64,000 bases of DNA from contig LCBB01000002.1 of the NCBI GenBank assembly GCA_000996895.1, forward strand, positions 27,596 to 91,595. The letters run 5' to 3'. This document shows, one piece after another, positions 58,969-64,000 of this stretch. The notes under the pieces are model-generated. The model was not told the DNA's origin. It worked only from the letters and a program-made list of their open reading frames with translations, and searched no databases. This DNA comes from a candidate division WWE3 bacterium GW2011_GWC2_41_23 (lineage in GTDB: Bacteria > Patescibacteriota > WWE3 > UBA101185 > UBA10185). The translations under genes were made by a program, and so were the position numbers. The number at the start of each line of letters is the position of its first letter. Positions within the stretch are counted from its first letter, which is position 1.

Positions 58969-60248
58969 ATAATTTTCTGTTTGGGCAGAATTTTGTCGAA
59001 ATTTACATATTTTCTTAGAACTTCGGGAACAGTTATGCTGCCGTCCACGTTCTGGTAGTTTTCGATAACGGCAGCTAAAAGCCTTGGTGTGGCTGCAACG
59101 GTGTTGTTTAGGGTGTATACGTATTTCAGTTCGCCTGCTGAATCTCTATACTTTATGTTTAATCTCCTGGACTGGAAATCTCTAAAATAAGAGTCTGAGT
59201 GAGTCTCCCGGTAATTACTCTGGGATGGAAACCAAGTCTCCAAATCGTACTTTTTCACCTGCCCGGCACCCATGTCTCCGGTGCACATTAAAAGTACCCT
59301 ATAGGGAAGGTTTAGTCCTTTTAGGACATTTTCGGCGTGATTTAACATTTTGTCATGCCATTCTCTGGTTAACTCTTCGTTAGCAGTTGTCAACACTACC
59401 TGCTCAACTTTGTTAAATTGGTGAAGTCTGAAAATTCCTTTCGTGTCTTTGCCATAAGCACCGACTTCTTTTCTAAAGCACGGACTCAACCCAAACAGCT
59501 TCACGGGAAGATCGGATTCGTTCAGGACTTCGCCGGCATAGTAAGAGGTGAGAGATACTTCAGCTGTTCCGATTAAAGCTTTGTCATCTTCCAACCTGTA
59601 GTGGTCATCTTCTCCCCACGGGAAATAGCCTGTTCCGGTGAAAAATTCCGGTTTTACTATCCACGGAACACTGAGCATTGTGTAACCCTCTCCGAGCATG
59701 AGGTCACATGCGTATCTCAGGATGGCCTGCTCAAGCTGGGCGCCCTCATTTTTTAGAAAGTATCCTCTGAATCCGCCGATTTTTGTTCCTCTCTCAAGAT
59801 CCATAATGTCCAGGGACAGCCCAAGGTCTACGTGATCCTTAGGTTTAAACGAAGGCTCTTTAATACTTCCTTCTTCCCTAACGACCTTGTTTCCGCTCTC
59901 GTCCTGCCCCACGGGTACGTCATCGGCAGGAACGCTGGGTACCCAAAGCATCATTTGATCAAAAATCGACTTAATTTCGGTTAAGTCCTTTTCGAATTTA
60001 ATAAGCTCCTCCTTAACCGCCGTAGCCTCTGTAATAAGCTTGGGCCTGTCTTCAGCAGCAACTTTTGAAATACCCTCGGAAAGCTTGTTTCTAAGGGCTC
60101 TGTGCAATTCCACCTTCTTCAGAAGGCTCAAATACAGGTCGTGGGTTTCTATTAACTTGTCTATAGAGATGGTTTTACTGAGCTGCTTGTCCTCAACGGC
60201 CTTTTTGACTAAATCTTTGTTGTTTTTAATAAAATTTATGTCCAGCAT
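58965..60248 (-). CDS. serS: seryl-tRNA synthetase
   Basis: N-terminal coiled-coil arm and class II aaRS motifs (FRGYF...; GSALAV-type region). 427 aa. Confidence 0.95.
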   Translation of the reverse strand: MLDINFIKNNKDLVKKAVEDKQLSKTISIDKLIETHDLYLSLLKKVELHRALRNKLSEGISKVAAEDRPKLITEATAVKEELIKFEKDLTEIKSIFDQMMLWVPSVPADDVPVGQDESGNKVVREEGSIKEPSFKPKDHVDLGLSLDIMDLERGTKIGGFRGYFLKNEGAQLEQAILRYACDLMLGEGYTMLSVPWIVKPEFFTGTGYFPWGEDDHYRLEDDKALIGTAEVSLTSYYAGEVLNESDLPVKLFGLSPCFRKEVGAYGKDTKGIFRLHQFNKVEQVVLTTANEELTREWHDKMLNHAENVLKGLNLPYRVLLMCTGDMGAGQVKKYDLETWFPSQSNYRETHSDSYFRDFQSRRLNIKYRDSAGELKYVYTLNNTVAATPRLLAAVIENYQNVDGSITVPEVLRKYVNFDKILPKQKII

Positions 60249-60382
60249 AGGAAATCCCTTTTTGATTGATTTTTACATATACAATGGTAATATAGATTTC
60301 GTCGCTGGAAAAGTCAATGAAACCTCAATATCTCAATATTGGGACCGACAAAAACACCCCGGGAAATCCCGGAGAGAGTTTG

Positions 60383-60411
60383 TTGACCTATGGTAACGCT
60401 TCTGTTACAAT
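60383..60411 (+). promoter_or_regulatory. sigma70 promoter (TTGACC-N17-TACAAT) upstream of infA
   Basis: -35 at 60383-60388 and -10 at 60406-60411. Confidence 0.55.
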
Positions 60412-60440
60412 CAAGCGCGTTCGTTGAGTCAGAAAGCTAA

Positions 60441-60659
60441 ATGAGCACAAAAGAAGTAATAACAAAAGATGGAAAAATAACAGAAACCCACATGGGAGGG
60501 ATGTTTAAGATAGAACTTGAAGATGAAACCAAGGCTTTGGCTGTCGTTTCGGGTAAAATGAGGAAGGCCCACATTAGGGTTTTACCGGGAGATAAAGTTA
60601 GAATCGAGTTCTCCCCACACGATCTGACAAGAGGCAGAATCATTTATAGGCTGAAATAA
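60441..60659 (+). CDS. infA: translation initiation factor IF-1
   Basis: 72 aa S1-like fold: KDGKITE...MFKIELEDE...GKMRKAHIRVLPGDKV. Confidence 0.95.
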   Translation: MSTKEVITKDGKITETHMGGMFKIELEDETKALAVVSGKMRKAHIRVLPGDKVRIEFSPHDLTRGRIIYRLK

Positions 60660-60685
60660 CTCAATAAAGAAAGAATTTTTGAAAC

Positions 60686-60802
60686 ATGAAAGTAAGATCA
60701 TCTGTAAAGCCAATCTGTAAAGATTGCAAAATTATTATAAGAAGCGGGGTAGTTAGGGTTATTTGTAAAAGAAACCCTAAACATAAGCAGAGACAAGGTT
60801 AA
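60686..60802 (+). CDS. rpmJ: 50S ribosomal protein L36 (38 aa)
   Basis: [38 protein letters not shown]. Too short for the ORF track, found by hand. Confidence 0.9.
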   Translation: MKVRSSVKPICKDCKIIIRSGVVRVICKRNPKHKQRQG

Positions 60803-60804
60803 TT

Positions 60805-61191
60805 ATGCCAAGAATTAAAGGTGTAGACATACCGGGAGAAAAAAGAATAGAAGCATCCTTGAGATATATCTACGGTATCGGACCGACAATATCTAAGAAA
60901 GTACTCGAAAAATCAGGCATTAACCCCGACACCAGAGCCAAAAACCTTACCGACGAAGACGTAGCAAAGATAAACGCAGCTATAGCCGCCATGGAACTTC
61001 ATGTCGAGGGAGAACTAAAAAGGCTGGTTAATCAAAACATCAGACGTCTGCAGGAAGTAAAATCCTACAGGGGACTTAGACATCTGGCAGGACTTCCCGT
61101 AAGGGGACAACGCACAAGAACTAATTCCCGAACGAGAAAAGGTAAGAGAAAGACCGTAGGCGGACAGAAAAAGAAATTAGCGAAGAAATAG
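60805..61191 (+). CDS. rpsM: 30S ribosomal protein S13
   Basis: Sequence and operon position. Confidence 0.95.
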   Translation: MPRIKGVDIPGEKRIEASLRYIYGIGPTISKKVLEKSGINPDTRAKNLTDEDVAKINAAIAAMELHVEGELKRLVNQNIRRLQEVKSYRGLRHLAGLPVRGQRTRTNSRTRKGKRKTVGGQKKKLAKK

Positions 61192-61251
61192 GATGCATTT
61201 CGGGGATTACCCCAAAAAGTAGGATGCATTTCGGGGATTACCCCAAAAAGT
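61190..61251 (+). repeat. perfect 31-bp tandem duplication (2 copies) in the rpsM-rpsK spacer
   Basis: AGGATGCATTTCGGGGATTACCCCAAAAAGT at 61190-61220 is repeated exactly at 61221-61251. Each copy carries a GGGG-ATTA-CCCC mini-hairpin. Confidence 0.9.
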
Positions 61252-61254
61252 AAT

Positions 61255-61644
61255 ATGGCTCAAACAACAAAGAAAACAAAAAAGAAAGAAAAAATAATAA
61301 CTCCGAGCGGGAGAGTCTATATCACCGCGGGTATGAATAACACCATTATTACGGTAACCGATTCTGAAGGTAACACACTATTTACAGCCAGCTCAGGAAG
61401 CGCGGGGTTTAAAGGATCAAGAAAATCAACTCCTTACGCTTCAACAAAAGCAGCTGAAATTGCAGGTTCCGCAGCTTCAAAAGCAGGCGTCAGAGACGTC
61501 TCAGTCTATTTAAAAGGAGCAGGACTGGGCAGAATTTCTTCCATCAAGGCTCTGAAAACAGCAGGTCTTAATGTCGTGTCAATTTCCGATCTTACCCCCA
61601 TCCCTCATAACGGATGCAGACCGGAGAAAAAGAGAAGGGTCTAA
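61255..61644 (+). CDS. rpsK: 30S ribosomal protein S11
   Basis: Sequence and operon position. Confidence 0.95.
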   Translation: MAQTTKKTKKKEKIITPSGRVYITAGMNNTIITVTDSEGNTLFTASSGSAGFKGSRKSTPYASTKAAEIAGSAASKAGVRDVSVYLKGAGLGRISSIKALKTAGLNVVSISDLTPIPHNGCRPEKKRRV

Positions 61645-61648
61645 TAAT

Positions 61649-63160
61649 ATGGCAAGGTATACCGAAGCAAAATGCAGATTATGCAGAAGAGAAGGCGTAA
61701 AACTGTACTTAAAAGGTTCAAGGTGCGAATCAGATAAGTGTGCTATATCAAAAAAAGCGCAAGCTCCCGGACAACACGGAACAAGAAGAAAGTCAGTTTC
61801 AGAATACGGAAAACAGTTAAGAGAAAAACAAAAAGCAAAAAGAATCTACGGAATTTTAGAAAAACAATTCAAGAACTACGTTAACAAAGCCTTGAACTCA
61901 AAAGGTGTCTCAGGTGATATCTTAATGCAGCTGTTGGAATCAAGACTGGATAATATGGTCTACAGAAGCGGCTTTGCAGCTTCCAGAGCACAGGCCAGAC
62001 AATTTATAAGAAGAGGTTTATTTAACGTCAACGGTAAGGAAGTAAACATTCCTTCAATGGCACTTAAAATCGATGACGTGGTAAAACCGGTAAGCTTTGA
62101 AAAAATACAATTAAGAGAGGGCATTGTACTTCCTGAATGGCTTGAGGCGAATATTAAAGAAAGGTATGTAAAATATTCGAGACTTCCTATGCCGGAAGAC
62201 ACTCAGGAAAAAGTAGATGTGCAGGCAATTATAGAATTGATGATAGTCACTAAAGAAAATTTAAAAATAAATCCGATAAAGGAAAGCAACGAGATAAGCA
62301 CTTATTCCGTTGAACCTCTCCCTACAGGGTTCGGACACACGCTCGGGAATGCCTTAAGACGCGTGCTGTTAACAGAAATTGAAGGCGCCGCAGTAACACA
62401 AGTAAAGATTTCGGGTGCTTCGCACCAATTTACTACCATCCCCGGTGTAAAAGAGGACGTAGTTCAGCTTACTTTGAACATAAAAAAGCTGAGATTCAAG
62501 ATACACACGGACAATCCTGTTGTAGCTACTATCAGAAAAAAGGGTGCAGGAGTAATAACAGCTAAGGATTTAGAGTTACCCTCAGATCTGGAAGTAATGA
62601 ATAAAGACCTTCACATCGCTACTCTCGCCGATTCAAAAAGCGAGCTTAATGTCGAACTTATTGTTGAACCGGGCGTCGGATACTCACCCATGGAGGAAAG
62701 ACAGACCTCAAAGGTCGGAGTAATTGTGCTGGATGCACTTTTCTCTCCCGTATTAAACGTAACTTACGAAGTTGAACCTACCAGGTTCGGCGACAAAACA
62801 GATTTGGATAAACTTCTGATAACTGTTGAAACAGACGGAAGCGTACTTCCAAAACAAGCACTTGTTAAAGCTTCCGCTATTCTTAAAGGCTACTATGAAT
62901 CCTTTGAGAAGTGGGAACTTGAAACAGATAAGAGTGTTGAACCCGAGGAAGAAGATGCAGCAGTAGTCGATATAGAAGATGTTGCCGTAGACGAACTTCC
63001 TCTTCAGACAAGAACTATCAATGCCCTTAAGAAACACGGCATCGATACTCTTAAACAACTCGCAAAGAAATCAGATGACGAAATCGCCGACATTAAAAAT
63101 CTCGGAGAAAAGTCACTTGAAGAAATAAAAAAACTTCTAAAGAAGGAAGGTCTTAGATAA
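61649..63160 (+). CDS. rpsD-rpoA: ribosomal protein S4 and RNA polymerase alpha subunit in one continuous reading frame (apparent S4-RpoA fusion; S4 about 61649-62239, RpoA from the ATG at 62240)
   Basis: S4 N-terminal zinc ribbon MARYTEAKCRLCRREG and C-terminal ...VQAIIEL run straight into RpoA (MIVTKEN...GFGHTLGNALRRVLL...) with no stop codon. Three stops (TGATGATAG) lie in the adjacent frame at the junction. Confidence 0.8.
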   Translation: MARYTEAKCRLCRREGVKLYLKGSRCESDKCAISKKAQAPGQHGTRRKSVSEYGKQLREKQKAKRIYGILEKQFKNYVNKALNSKGVSGDILMQLLESRLDNMVYRSGFAASRAQARQFIRRGLFNVNGKEVNIPSMALKIDDVVKPVSFEKIQLREGIVLPEWLEANIKERYVKYSRLPMPEDTQEKVDVQAIIELMIVTKENLKINPIKESNEISTYSVEPLPTGFGHTLGNALRRVLLTEIEGAAVTQVKISGASHQFTTIPGVKEDVVQLTLNIKKLRFKIHTDNPVVATIRKKGAGVITAKDLELPSDLEVMNKDLHIATLADSKSELNVELIVEPGVGYSPMEERQTSKVGVIVLDALFSPVLNVTYEVEPTRFGDKTDLDKLLITVETDGSVLPKQALVKASAILKGYYESFEKWELETDKSVEPEEEDAAVVDIEDVAVDELPLQTRTINALKKHGIDTLKQLAKKSDDEIADIKNLGEKSLEEIKKLLKKEGLR

Positions 63161-63177
63161 TCAGGAGATTATAAGAT

Positions 63178-63651
63178 ATGAGACACAGAGTAGAAAAGAA
63201 AAAAATGGGAAGACCCGAAGGACACAGAGGATCACTCGAGAAGAATCTTGCTGTCAGTCTCATAATGCACGAGAAGATTGAAACAACCTTGGAAAAAGCC
63301 AAGTTCGTGAAGCCTTTCGTAGAAAGACTTATTACGAAGGCAAAAAAAGGCTTTGCTTCGTCCGACAAAATAGTGGTATTCAACACTGTAAAAGACCTGA
63401 GAAAGAATCTTACAAACGAAGAAGCAATCAAAAAACTGATGGATAACATCGCAGGACGCTTTGAGAATAGACCCGGCGGTTACACAAGGATAATAAAGAC
63501 AGGAAACAGAGACGGAGACAACGCTAATACTGCCAGGATTGAACTATTACCTGCGGAAAGAAAAGAAGAAGCTCCTAAAGAATCAAAGAAAGCCGAAAAG
63601 AAGGTTGAAGCAAAAAAGACAGAAAAGAAGGTAAAGAAAAATGATAAATAA
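63178..63651 (+). CDS. rplQ: 50S ribosomal protein L17 with a Lys/Glu-rich C-terminal tail
   Basis: L17 core, then ERKEEAPKESKKAEKKVEAKKTEKKVKK. Confidence 0.9.
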   Translation: MRHRVEKKKMGRPEGHRGSLEKNLAVSLIMHEKIETTLEKAKFVKPFVERLITKAKKGFASSDKIVVFNTVKDLRKNLTNEEAIKKLMDNIAGRFENRPGGYTRIIKTGNRDGDNANTARIELLPAERKEEAPKESKKAEKKVEAKKTEKKVKKNDK

Positions 63652-64000
63652 AACAACAGCAGCTAAAAAAGAACAGAACAGAAAGTGGTATTTTTACGAT
63701 GCCTCAAATAAGGTATTGGGAATGCTTGCTGCAGATATTGCGAAAATTCTTATCGGTAAAAATAATCCTGAATACTCCCCTAATCAGAATACAGGCGGAG
63801 TGGTTGTAGTTACCAATGCAGAAAAGATTGCACTAACAGGTAACAAGATGAAAAAGAAAGTCTACATTCACCACACCGGTTTCCCAAAAGGACTCAGGGA
63901 AGTGAAGATTGAAAAGATACTGGAAAACGATCCGGCACAAATATTAGTCCGAGCCGTAACAGGAATGCTTCCTAAAAATAAACTACGAAGTGAAAGATTA
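63641..64000 (+). CDS. rplM: 50S ribosomal protein L13 (3' end beyond the window)
   Basis: WYFYDASNKVLGMLAADIAKILIGKNNPEYSP...GGVVVVTNAEKI. Start overlaps the rplQ stop. Confidence 0.85.
   Translation, partial: MINKTTAAKKEQNRKWYFYDASNKVLGMLAADIAKILIGKNNPEYSPNQNTGGVVVVTNAEKIALTGNKMKKKVYIHHTGFPKGLREVKIEKILENDPAQILVRAVTGMLPKNKLRSERL

Noticed and set aside
61194-61253. 9-aa mini-ORF (MHFGDYPKK) present in each copy of the 31-bp tandem repeat
   Set aside because: The AGG is directly adjacent to the ATG with no spacer, and the size is far below anything that can be supported from sequence alone.
61571-61648. 26-aa N-terminal extension of rpsD overlapping rpsK
   Set aside because: S4 universally begins MARY... 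and the extension overlaps the rpsK 3' end.
1-64000. tRNA, rRNA, CRISPR, IS/transposase search
   Set aside because: Intergenic DNA is short. No GGTTCGAATCC-type T-arm, no clover-leaf candidates, no regularly spaced direct repeats and no transposase or integrase-like ORF was seen.

Overview
This is a 64-kb window from an AT-rich bacterial genome (roughly 40% GC by eye) with short intergenic spacers. No tRNA, rRNA, CRISPR array or transposase was found.

Overall layout:
- 1–29.1 kb: one large cell-envelope glycosylation locus, almost all on the minus strand. It contains three class-I SAM methyltransferases, a B12-type radical-SAM enzyme with a ferredoxin, six GT2 enzymes (three of them polyprenol-phosphate-sugar-synthase-like, one fused to a GtrA domain), three GT4 enzymes, UDP-glucose 6-dehydrogenase, two Wzx-type flippases, at least five GT-C polytopic membrane glycosyltransferases (PMT/ArnT-like), a DUF2079 membrane protein and a membrane-anchored CAP-domain protein.
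- 3.65–5.45 kb: embedded in that locus is a GC-richer plus-strand islet of five small unannotatable ORFs. They form two mini-operons, each with a sigma70-type promoter, strong Shine-Dalgarno (SD) sites and an intrinsic terminator. This is my best candidate for an undescribed system.
- 29.5–51.5 kb (minus strand): lepB, rpoB, rpoC, rpsL, rpsG, fusA, tuf, the S10 and spc ribosomal operons, secY, a ybaB-like gene and adk.
- 51.7–64 kb: lepB, a TMTC-like TPR membrane protein, an RsmB-family methyltransferase, secA, uppP, a spermidine-synthase-like gene and serS, followed on the plus strand by infA, rpmJ, rpsM, rpsK, rpsD/rpoA, rplQ and rplM.

Unusual points in the core genes:
- rpmD (L30) is absent between rpsE and rplO, and S14 is the zinc-binding type.
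- L3 is only 142 aa and lacks about 60 internal residues.
- A 162-nt spacer between rpsJ and rplC carries a terminator-like hairpin.
- rpsD and rpoA are in one continuous frame, an apparent S4–RpoA fusion.
- A perfect 31-bp tandem duplication sits in the rpsM–rpsK spacer.
- rplKAJL and nusG are not upstream of rpoB.

The L30 loss and the very high GT-C content fit a Candidate Phyla Radiation (Patescibacteria) type genome. That placement is inference.
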